DNA from: an uncultured Fidelibacterota bacterium
Lineage (GTDB): Bacteria > Fidelibacterota > Marinisomatia > Marinisomatales > Marinisomataceae
Length of the DNA stretch: 64,000 nt
Assembly: GCA_902525615.1 (NCBI GenBank)
Contig: CABZHT010000001.1
Location: 349,282-413,281 of the forward strand
Reading direction: 5' to 3'
The first letter of the stretch is position 1. Every line of letters begins with the position of its first letter. The notes under the pieces are model-generated. The model searched no databases and was not told where the DNA came from. It was given only the letters and a program-made list of their open reading frames with translations. The position numbers and the translations under genes were made by a program. Of the stretch, positions 27,765 through 36,212 are shown piece after piece.

Positions 27765-28509
27765 TGATAATATCCTTTAATGAGTTTAAATGTGATACAA
27801 TGAATTTAAAATCAAGTCCATAGCCTAAAAAACTGTATCCTTCGTTTCTAGCAGCAATGAGCTTTTTAGGATCTGGTTCAACAATATGCATCCCAATTGG
27901 AATGTTATTTTCTCTTGCAATATTCTTAATCTTGTTAACTTCATTTAAAAAAAGTGGATTTTCGAATTCTCCTGCAATTCCTAAAGAACTTGTTAAATCA
28001 TATGGCCCAATCATTAGCGCATCAATATGCTTAACCGTTATTATTTCATTTAAATTTTCTACAGCATCACAATTTTCAATTTGAACAACTAATACTGATT
28101 CTTTATTATTTTTATGATAGTAAGAATCGAAGTTATTACCAAAATTTTGCGCACTAAATAGACCAGCACCTCTTTTACCTTCAGGTGGATATTTCATAAA
28201 CTTTACTGCATCATTTACATCTTCTAGACTTGAAATGTTAGGGGCTATAATACCATCTGCCCCACAGTCCATTATACGCTTAATATATATATTATCAACA
28301 ATTGGCGGTCTGACTAAACATCCAATATTTGTATTTTTGAAGAAAGAAATGGCTTGGTGTAACCCACTAAAATCAATGGCCGAATGTTCTAGCTCAATTA
28401 ATACCCAATCAAAAGGATATTCGGAGATAGACTGGTAAATAACTGGATGATCAATAGTAATCCAAGTCCCAAGCGTGCTTCCATTTTTTATCTTATTTTT
28501 TAAGTTCAT
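27754..28509 (-). CDS. HpcH/HpaI-family class II (metal-dependent) pyruvate aldolase
   Basis: FDWVLIELEHSA, LVRPP, MKYPPEGKRGAG, VVQIENCDAVENLNEI and ALMIGPYDLTSSLG match the HpaI/GarL/YfaU pattern along the whole length. The start is set at ATG 28509 (MNLKNKIKNG). Confidence 0.8.
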   Translation of the reverse strand: MNLKNKIKNGSTLGTWITIDHPVIYQSISEYPFDWVLIELEHSAIDFSGLHQAISFFKNTNIGCLVRPPIVDNIYIKRIMDCGADGIIAPNISSLEDVNDAVKFMKYPPEGKRGAGLFSAQNFGNNFDSYYHKNNKESVLVVQIENCDAVENLNEIITVKHIDALMIGPYDLTSSLGIAGEFENPLFLNEVNKIKNIARENNIPIGMHIVEPDPKKLIAARNEGYSFLGYGLDFKFIVSHLNSLKDIINEK

Positions 28510-29164
28510 CGCCTTTATATAATGCTCGTGCAAGTTGTAAATCTTCGTAATAATCAATATCAATAGATTCTAATTTATTTATTGTAAAGTAAAAAGGCTT
28601 ATTACCAATTCTATTATTTCCATTTTTAGTAAAAGAATCCTTACTAAAAATATAAAAACAAGAATTTTCTTCATATAATGGCTCTAAGTCTTGAGTTCTA
28701 AGAATATTAGATGAGCCATCATGATTAATTGGATTGTGTTTACTATCATAGAATCTACTTTTATGCTCATTTACGGATACTATACTATCATATGTATTAT
28801 TTTTATAAAATGAAATTGCTTTATCAATAGTCTTGGTCTTAAGTAATGGATTTGTAATATGTGTTTGAATAAATGAATTATTTTCAAACTGACTGATATC
28901 ATATTTAATAATGTCATTCATTGGAACAAAATCGCCAATCAATTCTTTAGGTCTGTTAATAAATTCAATTGAATTTGATGGATAAAATTTTTTTACTTCA
29001 CTAATAATTTTTTGGGAATCAGTATTAATAGCTACTTTTGATATGAAATTTGAACTTAATAGAGTATCAATTACAAAAGAGAATAAAGGCTTATTATCTA
29101 TAGTTTTGAAAGATTTATTTGGTATTCTTTCAGAATGTTCTTTAATTGGAAGTAATGCAATCAT
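28493..29164 (-). CDS. Acylneuraminate/Kdo-type cytidylyltransferase (CTP_transf_3 family, NeuA/KdsB-like)
   Basis: MIALLPIKEHSERIPNKSF ... NKPLFSFVIDT, INTDSQKI, THITNPLL, RTQDLEPLYEENSCFYIF and SIDIDYYEDLQLA. Length is 223 aa. Confidence 0.78.
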   Translation of the reverse strand: MIALLPIKEHSERIPNKSFKTIDNKPLFSFVIDTLLSSNFISKVAINTDSQKIISEVKKFYPSNSIEFINRPKELIGDFVPMNDIIKYDISQFENNSFIQTHITNPLLKTKTIDKAISFYKNNTYDSIVSVNEHKSRFYDSKHNPINHDGSSNILRTQDLEPLYEENSCFYIFSKDSFTKNGNNRIGNKPFYFTINKLESIDIDYYEDLQLARALYKGDELKK

Positions 29165-30576
29165 ACTTTTTTCAAATTTAATATATTTAAAGAGTATTCA
29201 CTAAAATTCCATTTTAAAAGCTTCAAATTTAGATAAACTGGAAACCAATTATTGAATGACAGCTGTATAAAAAATTGTGTAAGAACAATTCCTAATAAAC
29301 CATAAGATTGAACAAGTATGAATGAAATTAAAATAATTAATAATCCAGATATCAATCCTGGCCATAAAAATGGTACATGGTTAGTTGAAAGATATATATT
29401 CGCATGAAATCCGTGATGTGCTTCTAGTACAATTCCTACTGACATAATAATAAATAAATAATTATCAATAATTCTAATATCTTTAGAGAAGAAATTAATT
29501 AAATCATTTCCACTTAAAAAAATAGTAAATAGAGTGATACACAAAACCAAGATCGCATTTCTTATTATAAGAGATAAAGATTTTTTAACTTTATAAAAAT
29601 TCTTAGAAACTACCAAATTAATTAATGAAGGGTAGTTAGCATTAAATTGCGAAATAGATAAGGATCTTATAATTACTAATATTCTTACTGTAAGTAGGTA
29701 ACTAGCAATCAAAGAAGTATCAGATAATTGAGCTACAACAAGTGCAGTACCATTGTTAATAAAGTGACTACCAAATAACATTAAGCCATAACGCCATGTA
29801 GATGGCCAAATTTGATTAAAAATTTCTAGATTAAGAATTTTTGAATAGGCTATATTTTTTTTATTAATAATTTGACTAATCATTCTATTAGAGTAAAAGT
29901 TTGCAATTAGTTGCAATAATAATTCCATCAGAAATAAGTGAAGAATATTAAAATCTAATAAGATTAGGATAGTAAATAATATTATTTTTGATAAACCAAA
30001 TAGCGTCTCCAATAATCTAATTTTTGCAACAAAATTAAAACCCTCAATTATAGAAACAGATCTTGAAAAAAGAATTCTAAATATTGCAATTAATCCTACC
30101 AACCCAAAAGAAAGCCAATTTTCAATTGAATGGCTTCCAAGAGACATAATGTTCCATGAGATTAAAACACCTAAAGTTGAAATTAAAAATACTGCAAAAA
30201 TTGATAGTAGAATATATATCCTGGAGGTTAAAAAAAGAATATCTCCAATACCTTTTTTATTAATGATTTTGTGATTATCTAATTTTTCAAATGTGTAATT
30301 AAACTGATTTATTGATTTAGGTATACTATTATAGCCAGCAAGAAAATAATTAATACACCTTACTATGGATTGACCAAATCCAAAACTAGCTAAACTAATA
30401 AAACCCAGAAGCGTAGTTAGATATAGCCACAAAGAAATTTCATAAGAATTAAATTTTAAAATTATCAAAGGAAGTACAGCAATACCAATGCCAAACCTTG
30501 AAAAGGTGCTTAGGAAAGTCATTATAGTAGCATTATTTATAATTTTAATAAAGTTGCTATAAATAGTTTTACTCAC
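29161..30576 (-). CDS. wzx: Polysaccharide repeat-unit flippase (Wzx, MOP superfamily)
   Basis: 471 aa with about 12-14 TM helices and the typical Wzx N-terminus (NFIKIINNATIMTFLSTFSRFGIGIAVLPLII). Confidence 0.78.
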   Translation of the reverse strand: MSKTIYSNFIKIINNATIMTFLSTFSRFGIGIAVLPLIILKFNSYEISLWLYLTTLLGFISLASFGFGQSIVRCINYFLAGYNSIPKSINQFNYTFEKLDNHKIINKKGIGDILFLTSRIYILLSIFAVFLISTLGVLISWNIMSLGSHSIENWLSFGLVGLIAIFRILFSRSVSIIEGFNFVAKIRLLETLFGLSKIILFTILILLDFNILHLFLMELLLQLIANFYSNRMISQIINKKNIAYSKILNLEIFNQIWPSTWRYGLMLFGSHFINNGTALVVAQLSDTSLIASYLLTVRILVIIRSLSISQFNANYPSLINLVVSKNFYKVKKSLSLIIRNAILVLCITLFTIFLSGNDLINFFSKDIRIIDNYLFIIMSVGIVLEAHHGFHANIYLSTNHVPFLWPGLISGLLIILISFILVQSYGLLGIVLTQFFIQLSFNNWFPVYLNLKLLKWNFSEYSLNILNLKKV

Positions 30577-30585
30577 CCTTAATAA

Positions 30586-31758
30586 TTAATGTATACTTTT
30601 TTTATAAGAATTATACTTATGAACTAATAAAATATATATCAAAAGATAAAAATTTTTGATAGTAAAATATAAATTGTATAGATACGATTCCCTTATTACT
30701 AAATCTTTAAATCTATTAGAATTTGTTATAAAGTAATTATTTTTATCTAAATATATCAATGAACCATCTAGATAGTTTTTTTTTGAAAAATGTACGTCTT
30801 CAAATTCTCCCCAATGTAGATGATCTAAAAATAAGTTTTTACACATAATGCTTTTTTTACCTGTTATCGATCCACCTTGTAGAAATTGATTTGGAGAAGA
30901 TTGTTTTAAACGCAGAAATGGATATGATCTCATATATATATCTGCAATATTATTATTATAAACTTGATGATATGGTGCTCTTAATTTAGAAATGTCAACA
31001 TTAGGTATTTCAAGAAAATCAAAATAGTTACCATATTCTTTCATATTTGAATACCAATTTTTTGGTAATAAATATCTATCATGTAGTAAGCAAAGATTCT
31101 CAAATTTTGAAATTTTTATTAAAGTATTTTTTTTTCTAGAAATTGGACCTCTTATGTCAGGTGAAATTTTAACATCTTTTGAAATATAAACATTATTTGG
31201 TAACTGACTATCATATGGGCTTGGACCACAAATGTTTACTTCAAAATTTGGAATATTCTGATCTATAATTGATTCGACTAACGATTTTACAGAATCATTA
31301 TTTTGTCCATTAGTGATAATTCCAAAACTCCAGTTTTCTATTGAATCATTTTCTTTAAGTGTTGAGCTCTTTTTAATGTAATTTAATATCGTAAAGTTTT
31401 TTCCTTCTTCTTTTGATTTCAAAATATATCTTCCATTTGTGGACACTGAAAATTCATACATTATTTGCATTACTGATCTTATGCCCAAAGCATGTCTTTG
31501 ATTTTTCATTGATGTAAAAATAATTTTAAAATTTCCGCTTGGTTGAAGTAAGATATCTAGTTCCTTTATTATGAAACGGATAAGAGAGTTTCTATCTAAA
31601 ATATAAGCTGCTGTAACGCTTTCAACAGATTCTGGCGCTATTTTTTTTGATTTATAAATTCTTCTAGTATGATTTACATCTTTTTTAGAAAGTGATAAGT
31701 CATAATAATCACTTTTATGTTTGTTTATAGACCAAAGAACTTTTTTATATTCATTCAT
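30586..31758 (-). CDS. Hypothetical two-domain protein (N-terminal Rossmann/methyltransferase-like region, GT-A-like region, C-terminal TM helix)
   Basis: 390 aa. WSFGIITNGQNNDSVKSLVESIIDQNIPNFEVNICG and RKKNTLIKISKFENLCLLHDRY resemble the first strands of a GT-A fold, but with HDR where DxD is expected. The C-terminus LYFTIKNFYLLIYILLV is hydrophobic. No confident family assignment. Confidence 0.55.
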   Translation of the reverse strand: MNEYKKVLWSINKHKSDYYDLSLSKKDVNHTRRIYKSKKIAPESVESVTAAYILDRNSLIRFIIKELDILLQPSGNFKIIFTSMKNQRHALGIRSVMQIMYEFSVSTNGRYILKSKEEGKNFTILNYIKKSSTLKENDSIENWSFGIITNGQNNDSVKSLVESIIDQNIPNFEVNICGPSPYDSQLPNNVYISKDVKISPDIRGPISRKKNTLIKISKFENLCLLHDRYLLPKNWYSNMKEYGNYFDFLEIPNVDISKLRAPYHQVYNNNIADIYMRSYPFLRLKQSSPNQFLQGGSITGKKSIMCKNLFLDHLHWGEFEDVHFSKKNYLDGSLIYLDKNNYFITNSNRFKDLVIRESYLYNLYFTIKNFYLLIYILLVHKYNSYKKSIH

Positions 31759-32458
31759 GAAAAAAACTGCTTAATGATTTGACTAATTTAACTTTTAATG
31801 GTTCTACAATACTATTTTGATCAATAATACCATTTACTGAAGGACAGATAAACAACAAGTTATTATACATTACTTCTTCTTTATTTTTTATTGAAAAGTC
31901 AATGGCAGATAATAAGGTAGATAAGTTTCTAAAAATATAAGTTCCTGCTGATGCATTATCAGAAATCACGTCTTTTTCTTTTGTTTTTATAACCTTATTA
32001 GAGTCATCAATTATTAAATAACTAAATTTATCTTCATTTGACTTAAAATAAGGTATTATTGCATTTATATTGCTTTCTAAGAACATAGATTCAATACTTT
32101 TATAATTTTTGATTTCATAAATAATATCAACTAAATCGATGATAATTGGCTCCTCAAAGTCTTTTATAATAGATAAACCAGATAGGACAGTCATCAAAGC
32201 ACCTTGAGTAATTTCTGGAATTTTTACAATTTTTGAGCCTGGATAAGATTTATTAGCATAATCTTCAAAAATAATTGATTCGTTCGTGTCCCTTAAAATG
32301 AATATTAAGTCTTCATTTAAAATTTCTTTATTATAAATCCAAGGTCTCGAATTTAAAATAAAATTAATTAGTGTATCCTCATTGTATTTTGTTAAGGGTT
32401 TAATACCATATTCTTTTCTATAAAAATCTGGTCCAGCAAGAGGAATAATGCACTTCAT
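31751..32458 (-). CDS. Nucleotidyltransferase-fold paralogue with degenerate G-rich loop
   Basis: It is a paralogue of the next two genes (TQGALMTVL vs TEGAACTVL/TDGAARTVL, ISDNASAGTYIF vs ISDIATVGIYMF/ISDDATAGVYYF, LFICPSVN vs FYVCPVYN). However, its N-terminal loop is IIPLAGPDFYRK instead of PMAGRGSRF. Confidence 0.65.
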   Translation of the reverse strand: MKCIIPLAGPDFYRKEYGIKPLTKYNEDTLINFILNSRPWIYNKEILNEDLIFILRDTNESIIFEDYANKSYPGSKIVKIPEITQGALMTVLSGLSIIKDFEEPIIIDLVDIIYEIKNYKSIESMFLESNINAIIPYFKSNEDKFSYLIIDDSNKVIKTKEKDVISDNASAGTYIFRNLSTLLSAIDFSIKNKEEVMYNNLLFICPSVNGIIDQNSIVEPLKVKLVKSLSSFFHE

Positions 32459-33186
32459 TTTGATTTTTTTTTAATAAAGTTTTTTAAATCTTCGGGTGTA
32501 CCAATACCGTGCATTGCATCAAATGGTATATTATGTATTCCAATATTTTTTTTATTATTTATTAAGTAATTATATACAGGGCAAACATAAAATTCATTAT
32601 TAACTCTATCATTTCTAACTATCATATCAAGTGCGTTTTCAACAAAAAATTTTCCTTTTTTAAACATGTAAATCCCTACGGTAGCTATATCTGAAATAGG
32701 TTCTTTTTCTTTTACCTCCACAACCAAACCTTTACTATCAATTTTTGCAAAAGACCATTTTTTGTTTTTTTGAGGATCTTTAAATGTTAAAATTGATCCA
32801 TCGAGATTTCTTTCTGAACAATCTGAGACAAAATCACCAATGTCAATATCAATAATTTGATCTGAGTTGGCTATTATTAATGAATTATTTGAATTGATAT
32901 ATTTTCTTGCGAAGAGCACTGTGCAAGCCGCGCCTTCTGTAACCATATCTATTGGAATAAATACTACATTATATTTATTTTTAATTTTTGCTACTGTATC
33001 GGGAAAATTTTCAATATGTTCTTTTCTTACAATCAATATAAATCTTGCATTATCAACCTTCAAATTGCTTAAAACATTCTCGATCATTGTTTTACCAAGC
33101 ACATCAATAAACGGCTTGGGCTTTTTATAGCCTCCATCAACAAATCTACTACCTCTTCCAGCCATGGGTATTACAATATCTATCAT
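32455..33186 (-). CDS. Sugar/alcohol-phosphate nucleotidyltransferase (GT-A fold, LicC/MobA-like loop)
   Basis: MIDIVIPMAGRGSRF ... KPKPFIDVLGKTMI is the canonical nucleotidyltransferase P-loop-like signature. Length is 243 aa. Confidence 0.75.
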   Translation of the reverse strand: MIDIVIPMAGRGSRFVDGGYKKPKPFIDVLGKTMIENVLSNLKVDNARFILIVRKEHIENFPDTVAKIKNKYNVVFIPIDMVTEGAACTVLFARKYINSNNSLIIANSDQIIDIDIGDFVSDCSERNLDGSILTFKDPQKNKKWSFAKIDSKGLVVEVKEKEPISDIATVGIYMFKKGKFFVENALDMIVRNDRVNNEFYVCPVYNYLINNKKNIGIHNIPFDAMHGIGTPEDLKNFIKKKSK

Positions 33187-34562
33187 ATATTTTTTAGGTC
33201 TTTGATGAAATATTCCAAACCTTCAGGGACAGAAAAAGACCAAACCTTCTCAATATCAAATTTTCGTATTTTGTTTCCATCCAAAATTAATTCATTATAA
33301 ACTGGACAAACAAAATATTGATCATCTACTGTTATTTTTTTATCAATCATTTGATTTGCAGCTTCAACAAAGCTTTTCCCTTCTCTAAAATAATAAACTC
33401 CTGCAGTAGCATCATCACTGATGGGTTTTTTTTCTGAACATTCTTTAACAAAGCCGTCATCACCTGTTTTTACAAAACTGAATTGAGGGTGAGTTGATTT
33501 GAAAGTTACAAGTCCTCCATCGCATTCATCGGCAGCCATAGCATAAAAGAATTCATTTGAATTCCATTTCATGTATTGATCACCATTCACGATTGCTAGA
33601 GGATATTCATTATTAATTAAATTCTTAGCTTTTAATACTGTTCTTGCAGCACCATCAGTTTCTTCATTAAGCAGTATAATTTCAAAATCTTTTACTAATA
33701 ACTGAAACATATATTTTAAATTATATTTCTCAAAATCAGATTTTTTTAAAATAAATATATACTTTCCTTCAACATTAATATTTTCAACAACCCACTGAAT
33801 CATTGGCTTTCCAGCTATGTCCACTAAAAATTTTGGGAAATTATAACCAGCTCTTTCATATGAACTTCCAGAGCCAGCTAATGGAATCACAACTCTCAAA
33901 TCTCCGCCTTGCCACTTAGGAGTATAATTATTTTTATTATTATTAGATCCAGATTTTTCAATAACAGATTGAATTTTTTCGTATGTTACATCTTGAGAAT
34001 TTTCTACAGCACAAAGATGAGCTCCTGATTCAAAAGCTGCTTGTCTTCCATAATGAGAGTCTTCAACAATTACACATTCTTTAGGAGACACGCCATATTT
34101 TACCATAGCCTTTAAAAACATTTCAGGGTTAGGTTTAGGATTCTTAACATCTTGGTTAGAAATAAAAAAATCCATAAATTTTTTAAATCCTCTTCTTAAT
34201 AACATCAGTCTAGTTGTTTCTCTGATAGAGTTAGAACAAACGCAGATTTTAAGTCCATCTTTCTTTAACTTCGATAAAATTTTTATCATCCTTTCATCAG
34301 GACCATATTCTTCATCAATTATTTTTTGTGTTTGAAATTGCTTATCCTTCCATATTTCTTCATAAACTTTTTTTGGCAAACCTTTATTCTCTGTTAGCAA
34401 TTCTAATTTTTTTGTTGTTGGTAAACCATCATATGTAGATAAATGTTCATCCCTTGTTATCCTTGCATCATACTTATCTAGAGCTCTGTTTAATGCTTCG
34501 TAGTGTAGCTCTCTAGCGTCAACTAATACTCCATCTAAATCAAATATCACTACTTTAATCAT
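33183..34562 (-). CDS. Fusion protein: HAD-IA (beta-phosphoglucomutase/phosphatase-like) domain + nucleotidyltransferase domain
   Basis: The N-terminus has VVIFDLDGVLVD, CSNS and VEDSHYGRQAA (HAD motifs I-IV). The C-terminus has VVIPLAGSGSSY ... PKFLVDIAGKPMI and is paralogous to 32455..33186. The start is set at ATG 34562 (MIKVVIFDLDG). Confidence 0.78.
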   Translation of the reverse strand: MIKVVIFDLDGVLVDARELHYEALNRALDKYDARITRDEHLSTYDGLPTTKKLELLTENKGLPKKVYEEIWKDKQFQTQKIIDEEYGPDERMIKILSKLKKDGLKICVCSNSIRETTRLMLLRRGFKKFMDFFISNQDVKNPKPNPEMFLKAMVKYGVSPKECVIVEDSHYGRQAAFESGAHLCAVENSQDVTYEKIQSVIEKSGSNNNKNNYTPKWQGGDLRVVIPLAGSGSSYERAGYNFPKFLVDIAGKPMIQWVVENINVEGKYIFILKKSDFEKYNLKYMFQLLVKDFEIILLNEETDGAARTVLKAKNLINNEYPLAIVNGDQYMKWNSNEFFYAMAADECDGGLVTFKSTHPQFSFVKTGDDGFVKECSEKKPISDDATAGVYYFREGKSFVEAANQMIDKKITVDDQYFVCPVYNELILDGNKIRKFDIEKVWSFSVPEGLEYFIKDLKNI

Positions 34563-35196
34563 TAAAATACTCCTTTGCTTTATAAGGGTGATCAGTACAC
34601 AAGAAAACCTTATCACTAGGTAAAAGTTTTTTAATTAGACCCCATTGTTTATTATAGTCTCTATTGTGTAATTCTGATGAAACAAAAAAAATGTTTTTGT
34701 TCATATTTAATAAATTTTTTAGAAAATTTTCCGAATACCATTCATCTTTAAAAGCATCTAGCCATATACCACTTGATAATTCTGTAAAAGTATTTTGATT
34801 TTCATACTCGCTTATTCTATTAAGAAATACTAAATCAAGATTTATATATTTTATCATTTCAGGTAAAGACATATCAAATGTAAAATAATTTTTAATATTG
34901 TATTCTGACAAAGAATCTTTAACATGCTCTGCTATGCCATCCGACTTAATATTAATGCCTATAATTTGTTCTTTACAGTCTAATTCATTGTAAAGGTCGA
35001 GTACTAAATCAAATGACATATATTTATCTAAACCGTTTGGAGGATCATGTGAAACAATTAATTTTGAGTTATAATCCCTAATATCTATTTCAATACTAAA
35101 ACCATCAGAGAATGCATTCTTGAATGATTCGATTGAATTTTGATTATTTTTTTTAGACCATAGTCCTCTGTGGCAAAGGATATTTGATTTTTTCAT
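34555..35196 (-). CDS. Glycerophosphodiester phosphodiesterase-family (GDPD-like) protein, cytoplasmic
   Basis: ILCHRGLW ... NSIESFKNAFSDGFSIEIDIRDYNSKLIVSHDPP fits the GDPD HRG...E.D...HD pattern. There is no signal peptide. Length is 213 aa. Confidence 0.6.
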   Translation of the reverse strand: MKKSNILCHRGLWSKKNNQNSIESFKNAFSDGFSIEIDIRDYNSKLIVSHDPPNGLDKYMSFDLVLDLYNELDCKEQIIGINIKSDGIAEHVKDSLSEYNIKNYFTFDMSLPEMIKYINLDLVFLNRISEYENQNTFTELSSGIWLDAFKDEWYSENFLKNLLNMNKNIFFVSSELHNRDYNKQWGLIKKLLPSDKVFLCTDHPYKAKEYFND

Positions 35197-36212
35197 TATA
35201 AAAATAATTGAACTCTATAGCGATATAATTTGAGCATTAAAAACAGTACGTAGGACATAAAAAAGACATACAAAATACCTTGAATTAAACCAAATCCTTC
35301 TATCGATGAATTTTGAATTTCCCTGTCAAGATAGAAGACAGAATTTGTATTATCCTTAGAATCTATCTTAGCCAGTTCAAACTGATCTAGTAAACTTAAA
35401 TATACTTGATTATAAGCATTAATATCTCTTTGAATTCTATTCTTTTCTAATAAGAGAGTTGGCGATGTTCGAAAATTTTTGTTTTGTACTTCAAACTCTA
35501 ACAATTTCTCCTCAGATTTTTTAAGATTGAATTGGACTTCAACTAATCTATCTTCAATAAATGCAATTTTTTCATTTGCCTTAATATTATTGATTTGGTT
35601 AGCATAATCTAATACAGCAAAATATATTTCTTTTGTAATTTGCTTAGATAAGCTAGGGTGTTCTTTAATAATTACTTTAACAGTGTTTAAGCCTGACCTT
35701 CTATTTTCAGAATGTAAAATACTGCCGGATAAAACTTCTTTAGCAAAAGAAATACGTCTTTCTTCAATGCTTAAATTGTGAGCAAACATTATATTTCTAT
35801 TAATTGTTTTTAAAAATGAAAAAGGGTTTAAAGTCAAATAATTATTATAGTGAACTCCCCAATAATCTATCAGTGATATATCTTCTTCATTAATCATATA
35901 TTTTTTTTGAATAATATTTTTCAAGAATCTGTCAGATTGCAAATATTCTGAAATAGAAAAGTTTAATCCTGCTTGATCAAGATTTGCAATGTCTCCAAGA
36001 AATGGGCTCAGCAATGATGACTGTTTAACATCATTATAATTTGTATAGAAAGTTATCTTTGAAGAATATGTAGGAGTTTTTGCAAAGAAATAAACTACAA
36101 ATATCAGAGTTATGTACAACGAGTATTTCAAACAACTTGCACTATGTTTTCTTAAAAAAACCATCAAGTTAGTTAAATTGAAATAGCCTTCCTCAATAAT
36201 AGGTTTATTCAA
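35196..36212 (-). CDS. wzz: Polysaccharide co-polymerase / chain-length determinant (Wzz-type, no kinase domain)
   Basis: 338 aa. It has an N-terminal TM (LYITLIFVVYFFA), a periplasmic region with a coiled-coil segment (IEDRLVEVQFNLKKSEEKLLEFE) and a C-terminal TM (ILYVFFMSYVLFLML). Confidence 0.7.
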   Translation of the reverse strand: MNKPIIEEGYFNLTNLMVFLRKHSASCLKYSLYITLIFVVYFFAKTPTYSSKITFYTNYNDVKQSSLLSPFLGDIANLDQAGLNFSISEYLQSDRFLKNIIQKKYMINEEDISLIDYWGVHYNNYLTLNPFSFLKTINRNIMFAHNLSIEERRISFAKEVLSGSILHSENRRSGLNTVKVIIKEHPSLSKQITKEIYFAVLDYANQINNIKANEKIAFIEDRLVEVQFNLKKSEEKLLEFEVQNKNFRTSPTLLLEKNRIQRDINAYNQVYLSLLDQFELAKIDSKDNTNSVFYLDREIQNSSIEGFGLIQGILYVFFMSYVLFLMLKLYRYRVQLFL

